From IMG/VR virus record IMGVR_UViG_3300037116_000299, positions 124,001-188,000 of that record: a stretch of DNA of 64,000 nucleotides; one strand, written 5' to 3'. The translations under genes were made by a program, and so were the position numbers. This document shows, piece by piece, positions 45,776 to 55,471 of this stretch (positions are counted from its first letter, which is position 1; every line of letters begins with the position of its first letter). Below the pieces are notes generated by a model that was not told the DNA's origin, made no database searches, and saw nothing but the letters and a program-made list of their open reading frames with translations.

Positions 45776-46702
45776 ATGTCCATCTCCTTCCCTACCGTAT
45801 CTCCCGACCAATGCCTGCTTACCTGTGGACTTGAGACGACTTCGTCTCAGGTCACTTCGTTCGTGGCGATGGGTCTGCCTGCGGACGCCGGTCCTACTCC
45901 GGCAGCCAGTGCGCCGGTGCTCGCCCCGCCAACAGCGCAGGACGCCGCGGCGCTCGCGGCTTACACCCCGTCGAAGACCAATACCCTCGACGGAAAGGGA
46001 ACGGTTGTAACGCCGCAGTGGAACCCCGGCGCCGCCGGCGCCTTCGACTATCCCACCGATGCGATCAATCACACTCCGAACCCAGGGCTGACCACGTCAG
46101 GGTCGAACTACGATGACATGACCTACACCGGGTCCGACCTGAAGGTCATGCTCGAGGTTGCAGGCAGCGGAAGCACTCCGGGATCGGTACGGCTGTCCAA
46201 GCGCCTGGCGGAGTTGACCACAATCACCGTCTCGGTCCATCGGGTCAAGTCCCCGGTACCTGCCTGCGGGTACATCAACACCAAGGGCTGGGCGCGCGGG
46301 CGGCGCACGATCGCCGGCACCATGGTCTTCACCAAGTTCCTGCAGGATGTGCTGGCCGAGTTTCTCACCTCCGCCGCCTTCACCTCCGATCTCTCCAAGG
46401 ATTCCCAGTACGTCAAGGTCGATCAGCTCCCGCCCTTCAATCTGACCTTCCTGTTCTCGAACGAGTACGGTCACCAGAGTTACCAGCGCCTGATCGGTGT
46501 TGAGTTCGTCACTTCGGGTGACGTCTACTCCATCCAGGACATGCTGAGCGAACAGACGGTCTCCTACGTCTGTGCCGACTTCACTCCTCTCCTCCCCATC
46601 TCCCAAAACAGTCAGCATGTAGCGGCAGCGTCCAACCCGATCACCGCTGCTCAGCGGACCGTGGCGGACGTGCTCAACGCCGCCGCAACACGGCAGGTCT
46701 AG
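45776..46702 (+). CDS. Tail-tube-like paralogue with N-terminal extension (308 aa)
   Basis: YTGSDL...ELTTITVSVHRVKSPVPACG...GWARGRRTIAGTMVF...DQLPPFNLT...NEYG parallels the tube protein. Confidence 0.7.
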   Translation: MSISFPTVSPDQCLLTCGLETTSSQVTSFVAMGLPADAGPTPAASAPVLAPPTAQDAAALAAYTPSKTNTLDGKGTVVTPQWNPGAAGAFDYPTDAINHTPNPGLTTSGSNYDDMTYTGSDLKVMLEVAGSGSTPGSVRLSKRLAELTTITVSVHRVKSPVPACGYINTKGWARGRRTIAGTMVFTKFLQDVLAEFLTSAAFTSDLSKDSQYVKVDQLPPFNLTFLFSNEYGHQSYQRLIGVEFVTSGDVYSIQDMLSEQTVSYVCADFTPLLPISQNSQHVAAASNPITAAQRTVADVLNAAATRQV

Positions 46703-46704
46703 CC

Positions 46705-48222
46705 ATGGCCATTGCAACGATCCGATTCAAAGTCGTCAATCACGGCAACTTCCTTCCCGTTCAGGGAGCAACCGTGTCCAGTGGCGGCGCGTCCGCATCC
46801 ACGGCGAGCGACGGCACGACAACCCTGAAGGTGACCATCGGCTTGACCAACCAGTTCACGGTGGCGGCCCCTACCTATCTGACCAAGTCCGACTGGATCA
46901 CCTTTTCCGAGACCGACGTCAACACCCTCTATCTGGACCGCGATCCGAAGTATTTCGCCAACTGGACCAAGCTGGTTGACTCGAAGACCAACCAGCCGAT
47001 CGCCGGGGCGACGATCTACATCAACTCCAGCCGGGCCGGCACCTCGGATTCGACCGGCGCCGTGTGGGTCACCGGGCCTGTCGGCGCGGTATCCGTGCGC
47101 GTAACCGGCACCGGCTACGATTCCACCTTTCCTCAGACTGCGACCGGCCCCCAGGGATTCCCCGCACAACTCAGTGTGACGGCGACGCCGCCGTCGCCTC
47201 AGCACCTGACTCTGACGGCGGGCGCGGCTACTGCCGCAACCGCAGGCTGTACCCTGTTCTTCGCCACGGCAGCTGCCGGCGGCCCCGCTGCAGAACAGTT
47301 GACCTGCGCCAACGGGCAGGCCACGACAGCCAACACGTATCTCCCAGGTCAATACCTCGTCACTGCTTCCCAGACGGGTTATACCAGTTCGGACACGCCT
47401 CTCACCGTCACCGCGGGCGTCACCCAGTACGCGGTCCAGCCTCCAATCCTGGATGCGGCAGCTTCGAATGTAAAGGCAGGCGACGCTCAGAAGGTCCCCG
47501 CGAACGGAGGATCCGTCTCCGCCGGGCCGACAACCGCGTCAAGCGGGATTGCGACTCTGACCTCGACCCCTCCGGACTACGAGTGGATCTACCCGAACTC
47601 CCAGGATGGGAAGTATTTCACCGCCACCCAGGCGCGCATCTACGTGGGCAACCTCTTTATGGACGAGCTGGTGCAGATCCAGTTCACCTACCAGGGCAAC
47701 CGGATCCCCATCTACGGCTACAGTTCTGAACTGGCCGACGGCTTTGGAACCGGCAGGCGTTTGGTACAAGGCCAGCTCGCGCTTAACTTTGTCACTGAAG
47801 GCTACCTGTACACCGTCTTGAAAGAGTTCGCCAAGATGGCAAGCAACCGACCCGCGTCGGTGCAGGATGCCAACATCGCCGATCTGACAACCACCGTCCA
47901 GCAGTACCAGACCCTGGCTGCACAGAAGGACGATCAGACCGACCAGCTGCAGGCACTTTCCATCAAGATCCAGTCGCTGGCCGATTCACTTGGGCCCAGC
48001 GGACTCGATCTTTACACTGCGGGCCGGACCGTCTCGACGCAGAGTAAGTCGCCCCTCGCACTGTCCATCCCGTTCGACATCCGGTTTGAATTGACCGGCG
48101 CTGGTCGTACGGTAACGAAGATCATCCGGAATTGTCTGCTGACCGCGAACGATCAGGTCTATGACCAATCCGGCTCAACCTTGCTTGACGCCTATGGCTT
48201 CGTTGCACGAAGCCTGGACTAA
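46705..48222 (+). CDS. Virion protein: carboxypeptidase-regulatory-like beta domains plus C-terminal tube-like domain (505 aa)
   Basis: PVQGATVS, PIAGATIYI...TSDSTG repeats; C-terminal DELVQIQFTY...PIYGYSS....GTGRRLVQGQLALNF. Confidence 0.65.
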   Translation: MAIATIRFKVVNHGNFLPVQGATVSSGGASASTASDGTTTLKVTIGLTNQFTVAAPTYLTKSDWITFSETDVNTLYLDRDPKYFANWTKLVDSKTNQPIAGATIYINSSRAGTSDSTGAVWVTGPVGAVSVRVTGTGYDSTFPQTATGPQGFPAQLSVTATPPSPQHLTLTAGAATAATAGCTLFFATAAAGGPAAEQLTCANGQATTANTYLPGQYLVTASQTGYTSSDTPLTVTAGVTQYAVQPPILDAAASNVKAGDAQKVPANGGSVSAGPTTASSGIATLTSTPPDYEWIYPNSQDGKYFTATQARIYVGNLFMDELVQIQFTYQGNRIPIYGYSSELADGFGTGRRLVQGQLALNFVTEGYLYTVLKEFAKMASNRPASVQDANIADLTTTVQQYQTLAAQKDDQTDQLQALSIKIQSLADSLGPSGLDLYTAGRTVSTQSKSPLALSIPFDIRFELTGAGRTVTKIIRNCLLTANDQVYDQSGSTLLDAYGFVARSLD

Positions 48223-48233
48223 CAGGAGTTTCT

Positions 48234-48677
48234 ATGGCAGAACAGACCGCAGACCAGACCGCAGACCAGGGAGCCCCGATCACCCCTTTCGAGTTCCTCC
48301 AGGGTTTCGCCGGCGCGCCCAACCAAGCCGACATTGACAGTCTGAAGGCGCAAGCCCCAGGGGGACGCATCCGCCTCTTCCATTCCACCGACGCCAAGCG
48401 CGTGTACCTGATGCGCGGGATCTCCGCGATCGAACTGGTGCAGGTGCAGAACCTCATCCCCGCAGGCATCCACCCGGACAAACTGTCCGGAGTGATGCAG
48501 ACCACGGTTGCCATCAAATGTTGCGCGTGGACCAGCGAAACCGCCGACCACAAGCTCAGCGATCTGGCATTGCAGGCCGCCGGCGCGGGTCTCACCGGGA
48601 CGCTTCACGAGATCGTCTGCCAGCTCTCCGACTACATGGATCCGGCGACCATCGACCGCTGCAGCGCGGACCTGTAA
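48234..48677 (+). CDS. Putative tail assembly chaperone 1 (147 aa)
   Basis: Position between tube genes and the giant protein; VYLMRGISAIE pattern. Confidence 0.55.
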   Translation: MAEQTADQTADQGAPITPFEFLQGFAGAPNQADIDSLKAQAPGGRIRLFHSTDAKRVYLMRGISAIELVQVQNLIPAGIHPDKLSGVMQTTVAIKCCAWTSETADHKLSDLALQAAGAGLTGTLHEIVCQLSDYMDPATIDRCSADL

Positions 48678-48689
48678 GAGGAGGTCCTT

Positions 48690-49367
48690 GTGCAGGTATT
48701 TAGCGCTCAGTGGGCAAGCGGCCGCTACGCCAAGTGGCGGTCGCTGACCTGGGCAGAGTTCCGGCGGTTCGAAGATCGACTCCGTTACGAAAGCCCGATG
48801 CAGGTGTACGTCGACCTGTACCGGGCTGTCGTGATTCAGGGTCCTCCCTTGGAAGGCGATCCCATCTTCCAGGCCCCCGCGGGTCTGGTCGAGTTCGTCG
48901 CCCATTCGATGCTGGACTCCAATCCGTTCGGCGGCGAGTACACCTCCGTCAAGAACGCGATGGAGCAGAAGCGCACCGAGCTGAAGCAGAACTTCCTCTC
49001 CGCCAGCAAAGCCATCATCGCCGGGATCTTCCGCTACACCTTCGAGGAGATCGAGCAGTGGGATGCCGAGATGTTCTTTGAGCGCCTGGCTGCCGCCGAG
49101 TTTGTCTCCGGCCGCAAGGTAGAACCCGGCAATCCCAATCGCAAGGGCCGCCGCGGCCCCCAGAAGAAAGACTTGACCGCAGCACAGGAGCAAGTTGTCC
49201 AGCGTGTCGCGCAACGCGATCCGCGCATGCCGATGCCGGCCGAGGAATCCAGCTACGACCCCACCGCAAACTCAGAGGACGATCAGCCTCGTATGACCAA
49301 GCGACCCCTGACCCCTGCACAGGAGCAAGTCGCCGATCGGGTCCGCAAACAACGCATGGGAAGGTAG
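48690..49367 (+). CDS. Putative tail assembly chaperone 2 (225 aa)
   Basis: GAGGAGG RBS plus GTG; WRSLTWAEF, YTFEEIEQWDAEMFFERLAAAE; same frame as the upstream gene. Confidence 0.55.
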   Translation: MQVFSAQWASGRYAKWRSLTWAEFRRFEDRLRYESPMQVYVDLYRAVVIQGPPLEGDPIFQAPAGLVEFVAHSMLDSNPFGGEYTSVKNAMEQKRTELKQNFLSASKAIIAGIFRYTFEEIEQWDAEMFFERLAAAEFVSGRKVEPGNPNRKGRRGPQKKDLTAAQEQVVQRVAQRDPRMPMPAEESSYDPTANSEDDQPRMTKRPLTPAQEQVADRVRKQRMGR

Positions 49368-49370
49368 TCC

Positions 49371-52300
49371 GTGCCCAATCCATTCATCGTATTCGATCTC
49401 GAGGCCAGCTCCTTCAACACGGGGCTGGCCAATTCGTTTCTGAATGGAGACGGCCGCGGCGCTGACTTGATTCAGGAGTTCGTCCGCACTAGTTCCGACC
49501 CTTCCCGTCTGCAACAGCATCCCCTCTTCCAAGCTCACCAGCGTTCCCAGATTCTGCAGGTCTACGCAACCGGCGGCGCCTTTCAAGGCGGCGACGAAGG
49601 ATGGGTACGTCCGTTCGACGAGATGCGCCGGTTCAACCGGCCGATCGGGAATTCACTCTACGATGAGAGCGACTTTGCCCTCCGTCATTCCCTGCTCTCG
49701 AAGGCACAGGGAGGCCGCAACTATGAAGCCCAGCGCGTCGAGCAACTGTACCAGGGAATCTCGGACTCGATCCGGTCCCATGGCAAGGCAGTCCTCGGTG
49801 GGCACAACATCGGGTCTTATGACTTGTGGAGGCTCGAGTACGCCACCTATCAGCACGACTCCCTGCGGAATCGCCGCGGGTGGCTGGCGGACCAGGTGCG
49901 CACGGGCCGTCTCATGTTGCGGGACAGCGACGCCGAACTGCTCGGAGCTGCCTCGGCGTTTGCCCGCCAGGATGCAGACTTTGCCGCCCATCACTTGAAG
50001 GGTGCGACCGACGTGGCTTCGGCCAAGTGGGTCTCCGGTCACAACCTGACCAACATCACCGAGGCAATGGGCTATCGCAACACCAATGCCCACAATGCCC
50101 TGGATGACACCCTCGGGAATGTGGCGTTCTTCGGGGACATCGATTCGGGGAAGGCCTTCACGCCGGAATCACTGCGTTCGATCTTCCCCCGCCAGGCTGC
50201 CGCTGCCACGCGCGAAGCCGCGCCGCTCCGGGCTACCGTGGCTGAAGCTGCAACGGAAGCGCGTTCTCTCTTCACCGGCGGAGAGAAGAAGTTCCTCATC
50301 GGCGCCGCCGTCGCCGCCGCCGCCGCCGCCGTAGGCTCTCTGATTGCGCACTCTACCCGCCGCGATCGCCAGACCCAAATCACAGGTCTTGGCGAGACCG
50401 GCATGGGCGCGCAGGGCCGCCACAGACTCACGGACTTCGGCTCTGGCTACCAGGGCCTCTCCACCTCCCCCAATCCCTTCCAGCTCGAGTCTGAGGCCGC
50501 CTACAACCCCCTGGTGCGCGCACTGGGTGTAGGCGTCACCGGCTCTGCGCTCTACGGCGCCCATCGCTACATGCTGGCGACGAGCCCGAACTATGCCAAG
50601 CGCCTCCACGGTGCTGCGCTCAAGTTCGAGCAGTATTCCCCCATGCACCTGGGGCGCACCTTCGCTGCCAGCGAACGGTTCTCGTCCTACCTGCCCAGCA
50701 AGCTGGTATTCACCCGCGGGATGCTGACCAATGACGACGGCACCCTCAATGAGGTGGGCCAGACCTTCGATCGTCAGTTCTCAGCAGCCGGACACAAGTT
50801 TGATTTCCTGAATGAGGTCACCGAAGACAATCCCCTGGTCTTCGAAGGCCGCCGCCGGGCGGGCTCCGGATCCCTGCAACTCCAGGGGCGCGGCATCGAC
50901 ATCGAGACCCGGTTCGTCCCCTCCGAGGGACGTCTGGCGGGAACCGCCGCGCGGCTTGACCAGGCGTTGGTCAACCATCCGATTCGCAGGTCGCAGGCTC
51001 AGAGTTCAGTCAAGCAGGCCTGGGGTGATTTCCAGGCAGTCCGCCGATCCCAGCGAATCTCGAATGCATCTCCCTGGTCTGAAGTCGCTAGTGCTGAAAA
51101 GCTGTATCGGCCTTTCTATACCCAGGGGCATGTCGCCGATCCTGCCGACGAGCTGTTCTCCCAGGCCCGCAATGCATGGACCCGTCTTCGGGTAGAGGGG
51201 CTCGAGGCGACCGAGCGTACCCAGAGACTCTTCGCGGAAGCAGGGTTCGGACTGAAGGCAGGTACCTGGAACAAAGCAGCTCATCTCCCCTTTGTCGGGG
51301 AAGGCGGCATGCTCAACCAGATGCTCACCAAGCGCGTCGCGCCTCTGGTGCTTGCAGCCACTGCGCTGGGCTGGCTGGACTATAAGCTGGGGCATCCAAG
51401 CAACAAGATCGTCGATCTTGGCCTGAAGGCCAATGTCCTGCGCGCCGACCTGACCGATATGGTCCCCGGCGCCCGCGGCGTCACTGACTTCTACGACAAG
51501 GTCACCCCGGGATCGCAGTACGGCCCGTTGGCGTTGCCCCTGGCCGGCGCTTTCTTTGGAGGTGTCTACCACTACGGCAAACTCCTCGGCGGCAAGTACG
51601 CCGATGAGGCAGCCAGGACCCTCGGGGCTCGTATCCTCCCTGAGATGAAGGGCCTGCGCAACTTCACCGCTAAGGGTGGCAAGTTGGTTTCCGTCGAAGG
51701 AGCTTCCGCTATCTGGAAGTCTCTCGGCGCGCCGGGCAAGGGCGCTGCCATCGGCCTGGCTGCCATGGCTCTGTTCGTGCCCGGCATGCTTGGGTCCCGT
51801 AAGAGCGGCGCCGATCTGCGCGACATCTACTCCGGCAGCGAACCGATTCCAATCAGGTCCGGCCGCTGGTGGGAAGTCGGCTCAACACCCTACGAAGGCG
51901 GACGCATCAAGGAGTGGCGTCCCCACTGGAGCGTGCTGCGCAAGAGTCATGCAGAAGACATCTCGCTCTACGGATCCGAGAAGGATAAGTGGAAGCACAA
52001 TCCCATCCTGCATCCGCTGAAGTATGCCCGCGATCCCTACTGGCTTGAGAAGCAGCATTACTACGATCGACCGTACCCGGTTGCGTCCCCGGCGTTCTCC
52101 AATGTTCCCTTGATCGGCCCGCTGCTCGCCGCGACCGTCGGCAAGTTGGTCAAACCGCCTGTGCGCATGCATGAAGAGAACTGGAATGGAGAGGATTACA
52201 CCCTCTACTCAACCCGTCTGGAACCGAAGGGCCCAGGCGCGGTCGCGCCGCCCCGTCCGGAAGACGAGTTCACCCTCAGACATGCCCTCAAGCAGGAAGT

Positions 52301-54401
52301 AGGTATCCTGGCCGAGTACACCGGACTCTACGGATTCATCGCCAGCAGCGCCTACCAGGCCATCTTCCCAGGTGTGAACCAGGGCAAGGACGTCTACTTC
52401 CAGGGCTCCCGTCAGATGGACAATTTCTCCCGCCGCTACTACGAGCGGGAGCTGGGCGCCGGCATCGCGCCGTCTCCCTCGATGAAGGAACACTTCGGAT
52501 ACACCGAGCCCTTCCGCCGATTTGTCCAGCGGGAAGACTTCTCTCCCCAGGCCAACCCACTGCGCAACCAGATGCCTGGCTGGCTGCCCGGAGCCGACTA
52601 CCTCACCAACTTCCAAATCGGCGATCCCTTCACCAAGGTCGACGAGGGCTATGCCCGCCTGCCTGGCGCCGGCTACGAGGCCCTGCATCCAGAGTTGAAG
52701 GGACTCAAGCCCGAAGACTACCCCGACATCAACAAGCTGGCCATCCTGGGTGACGTAGCCCCGTACTCGCGCGAGTACAACATCTTCCGTTCGAAGGTAG
52801 GCGCCGACTCCGCCGACAACACCGAGCTGCGCATCGAGTACGAGAAGATCCTCGACCGCGTCCGGCAGACCAGGGAGTCCGTCATCCGGATGGACGCTCG
52901 TCGCTTCACCGAGCCTGTCGCTGAGCTTGAAGGCACCGTCGAAACGGCGACGCCCGGCGGAGTCACCCTCAAGGAACACCCCGGACAACTCTTCCAGTTC
53001 TCGTCCGTGAGCATGAGTGCCGCCAGCATGTCGGCGAGCATTCTCGGCGAGCACAACAATCTGACCCGCGCGGAAGTTGCCGGACAGGTTGACGAGCGCC
53101 ATCAGAAACTGCAGGACTACCTGGCTGGGATGGTTGGATCCAAAGCCCACCTGACAGTCCCCGATGGAACACTCGGCCGGGCGGAGCGCGCACGAGCCGT
53201 CATCGAAGTCGATGGCAAGAACCTCAACCGGGAACTGATCGACCAGGGTTACGGCCAGTATCAAGAACGCCTGGGCGGAGCTGAAGCGCAGGAGATGTTC
53301 GGCGCCGCCGGCAAGACCATGGGCTCGATCGCTGAGGCCCTCGCCTTCCAGGGCGACTCCGGCCGGCTCAACCCGATGCGCTACATCCCCACACCAGGCC
53401 ACACCAAGGCCTGGCAGGAGCGCACGCCACTCGCCCAGTACATGACCAACGAGGTTGTTGGCACCCGCATGCGGCGGTGGGAACGGCCCATCCATGACTT
53501 CCTCATGCCTTACGCACGAGGCGCCTGGCAGCGGATGAGCGGTAAAGCTCTCATTCCTGAGGATGTACAGGTTCGGCGGGATCTGAACACCCTGGGCGAC
53601 ACCATGCAATATCTCCGCGGACTCAATGCGGAGACCTCGGGGACCTATACTAATAAGAAGCAGAGGACTTCTGTCGGGGCCAACCTGTTTGCCGCGTCGA
53701 CGTTTGTAGCTTCTACCCTTCCCGCCCGCGAATCCCATTACTTCCGCCAGTTCCTCAACGAGACGGATCCCGAGAAGCGGGCCTCGATTCTCGAAGTGGC
53801 TTCGACCGAGATGCAGCGCGCCCTTTCCGCGCAGTGGGTCGCTCAGGAAGCTCGCATTCAGGTAGCCAACGGCGAAGACCCTGGCCCGATCGGCGAAGGC
53901 GGCCGGCTCTACACCCAGGCCAACGTCGAGGACTACAAGAAAACCGACACCAGTCTGGACTACGGCAATTGGTTGCGATCCAAGGAGATCGCCGACTTCT
54001 TCTCCCGCACCGGGTTTGCTCTTCCCGAACAAGGATCAGCTGCATACGACGAAGCTTTGGATTATGAGGACGTCAAGCTGAAACTGATTCAACAGGAAGG
54101 GTACGACTCCCATGACTTCAACATCTTCGATGACCGGGCAGCCATGCTGTGGCGCAAGCCGTATGTGGATGGCGCTGTCCGCGAACTCACCAGTGGTGAC
54201 GATCGTTCCCCAGAACAGTTGCGGCGGGCGGTCGAACAGCTGATGACAGCCTCACACGACGCAAGATCGGATGTTCGAACTGCGGTACACGCAAGCCACA
54301 CGAATCGCGCGAGCATTCGAGTGGATGTATCTGTCGACGAGAGCGACGCACTGGTGAGAGACATTCGCCGCAACCCCGACAAGTATGCGCAGGAGACGTA
54401 A
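49371..54401 (+). CDS. Giant tape-measure-position protein with N-terminal DEDDh 3'-5' exonuclease and a degenerate SNase-like OB domain (1676 aa)
   Basis: Follows the chaperones; ExoI FDLE (D9/E11), ExoII HNIGSYD (D151), ExoIII HNALDD (H241/D246); hydrophobic Ala/Gly helices; TLGRAERARAVIEVDGKNLNRELIDQGYG near 53160-53260. Confidence 0.75.
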   Translation: MPNPFIVFDLEASSFNTGLANSFLNGDGRGADLIQEFVRTSSDPSRLQQHPLFQAHQRSQILQVYATGGAFQGGDEGWVRPFDEMRRFNRPIGNSLYDESDFALRHSLLSKAQGGRNYEAQRVEQLYQGISDSIRSHGKAVLGGHNIGSYDLWRLEYATYQHDSLRNRRGWLADQVRTGRLMLRDSDAELLGAASAFARQDADFAAHHLKGATDVASAKWVSGHNLTNITEAMGYRNTNAHNALDDTLGNVAFFGDIDSGKAFTPESLRSIFPRQAAAATREAAPLRATVAEAATEARSLFTGGEKKFLIGAAVAAAAAAVGSLIAHSTRRDRQTQITGLGETGMGAQGRHRLTDFGSGYQGLSTSPNPFQLESEAAYNPLVRALGVGVTGSALYGAHRYMLATSPNYAKRLHGAALKFEQYSPMHLGRTFAASERFSSYLPSKLVFTRGMLTNDDGTLNEVGQTFDRQFSAAGHKFDFLNEVTEDNPLVFEGRRRAGSGSLQLQGRGIDIETRFVPSEGRLAGTAARLDQALVNHPIRRSQAQSSVKQAWGDFQAVRRSQRISNASPWSEVASAEKLYRPFYTQGHVADPADELFSQARNAWTRLRVEGLEATERTQRLFAEAGFGLKAGTWNKAAHLPFVGEGGMLNQMLTKRVAPLVLAATALGWLDYKLGHPSNKIVDLGLKANVLRADLTDMVPGARGVTDFYDKVTPGSQYGPLALPLAGAFFGGVYHYGKLLGGKYADEAARTLGARILPEMKGLRNFTAKGGKLVSVEGASAIWKSLGAPGKGAAIGLAAMALFVPGMLGSRKSGADLRDIYSGSEPIPIRSGRWWEVGSTPYEGGRIKEWRPHWSVLRKSHAEDISLYGSEKDKWKHNPILHPLKYARDPYWLEKQHYYDRPYPVASPAFSNVPLIGPLLAATVGKLVKPPVRMHEENWNGEDYTLYSTRLEPKGPGAVAPPRPEDEFTLRHALKQEVGILAEYTGLYGFIASSAYQAIFPGVNQGKDVYFQGSRQMDNFSRRYYERELGAGIAPSPSMKEHFGYTEPFRRFVQREDFSPQANPLRNQMPGWLPGADYLTNFQIGDPFTKVDEGYARLPGAGYEALHPELKGLKPEDYPDINKLAILGDVAPYSREYNIFRSKVGADSADNTELRIEYEKILDRVRQTRESVIRMDARRFTEPVAELEGTVETATPGGVTLKEHPGQLFQFSSVSMSAASMSASILGEHNNLTRAEVAGQVDERHQKLQDYLAGMVGSKAHLTVPDGTLGRAERARAVIEVDGKNLNRELIDQGYGQYQERLGGAEAQEMFGAAGKTMGSIAEALAFQGDSGRLNPMRYIPTPGHTKAWQERTPLAQYMTNEVVGTRMRRWERPIHDFLMPYARGAWQRMSGKALIPEDVQVRRDLNTLGDTMQYLRGLNAETSGTYTNKKQRTSVGANLFAASTFVASTLPARESHYFRQFLNETDPEKRASILEVASTEMQRALSAQWVAQEARIQVANGEDPGPIGEGGRLYTQANVEDYKKTDTSLDYGNWLRSKEIADFFSRTGFALPEQGSAAYDEALDYEDVKLKLIQQEGYDSHDFNIFDDRAAMLWRKPYVDGAVRELTSGDDRSPEQLRRAVEQLMTASHDARSDVRTAVHASHTNRASIRVDVSVDESDALVRDIRRNPDKYAQET

Positions 54402-55471
54402 TGCAACCGCACAGCATCACCCTTGACCCCGAGCTGCACAGCGTTGATATCCGCGAGATTGAACGTCGCCTGAAAGAAAGGGTGGCTGGTCAAGATCCGG
54501 CCATTTCACAGTTGGTGGGCTTGCTCGAAACCTACTTTGCCGGCTACAACGACCCTAATGCTCCTGTGGGCGTGGTGCTTGCCCTGGGCCCGTCCGGGAC
54601 CGGCAAGACCAGTCTGATCGAAGCTCTGTGCGAGATACTCTACGACAACCCCAAGGCGCATGTTCGGATGAACTGCGCGGACTTCAAGGAGTCCCAACAG
54701 ACCCAGCGGATTGTCGGAGCGCCTCCGGGCTACATCGGTTTCAAGGACAAGTCGATCGAGACGTATTTGACCCAGGAGAATCTGGACCGCCATCACACGG
54801 CGAAGATGAAGCTCAGCGTCGTCCTGCTGGACGAGATCGAGGAAGCTCATAGCGCCCTCTATGACTACCTGCTGGCCGTATTCAATGACGGCGAAGGCAT
54901 GGTCAGCGGCAAGCTGGTCAACTTCCGCAACACCCTGTTTGTCATGACCTCGAACCTGGGGACCTCCACGAAGTCCAGCCTGCTTGGCTTTACGGCCGAC
55001 CAGGTCGCCGCCCATAACCACCAGAACGAAGCATCGATCCGCAAGGCAGTGCAGGAGCATTTCAAGTTCAAGTTCCTGAACCGCATCGACGAAACCATGA
55101 TCTTCGAGGCGCTGTCCAAAGAGACCATCGACCTGATCTTCGACATGCAGGTGTGCCAGATCCGCCGCAGGCTTCTGATCTCGAAGCAACCCGGTCCGCA
55201 GTACGTGTTCAAGATCCAGGACGATGCCCGCCAGGAGCTGGTCCGCCGCGGCTTTGACATCAAGTTTGGAGCCCGTCCCCTGAAGCGTGTCCTCCGCCGG
55301 GTCATTACCGACAAGCTGGCGGCTCTGATGCGCAGCGGCCAGGTGGAACACGGCGACCTGGTGGTGATCGATTACACCGGCATTCGCTTCATCTACGAGA
55401 AATACAACGGTGACGAAATCGGCCAGCTCTCGGACCCGCAATGGGCCGAGTTCAGCAGGATCATCGACTAG
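54401..55471 (+). CDS. Stand-alone ClpB/ClpC second-ring (D2)-type AAA+ ATPase (356 aa)
   Basis: RVAGQDPAI, GPSGTGKT, pore loop GAPPGYIGF, VLLDEIEEAH, FRNTLFVMTSNLG, FLNRIDE, FGARPLKR; no N-domain or D1. Confidence 0.92.
   Translation: MQPHSITLDPELHSVDIREIERRLKERVAGQDPAISQLVGLLETYFAGYNDPNAPVGVVLALGPSGTGKTSLIEALCEILYDNPKAHVRMNCADFKESQQTQRIVGAPPGYIGFKDKSIETYLTQENLDRHHTAKMKLSVVLLDEIEEAHSALYDYLLAVFNDGEGMVSGKLVNFRNTLFVMTSNLGTSTKSSLLGFTADQVAAHNHQNEASIRKAVQEHFKFKFLNRIDETMIFEALSKETIDLIFDMQVCQIRRRLLISKQPGPQYVFKIQDDARQELVRRGFDIKFGARPLKRVLRRVITDKLAALMRSGQVEHGDLVVIDYTGIRFIYEKYNGDEIGQLSDPQWAEFSRIID

Noticed and set aside
13735-47770. Intragenic TTTGGTA near-matches (about 13736, 20270, 47760) and CCTATACTAA at 53644
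   Set aside because: They lack the leading C or final G, sit deep inside genes and are not positioned before a start codon
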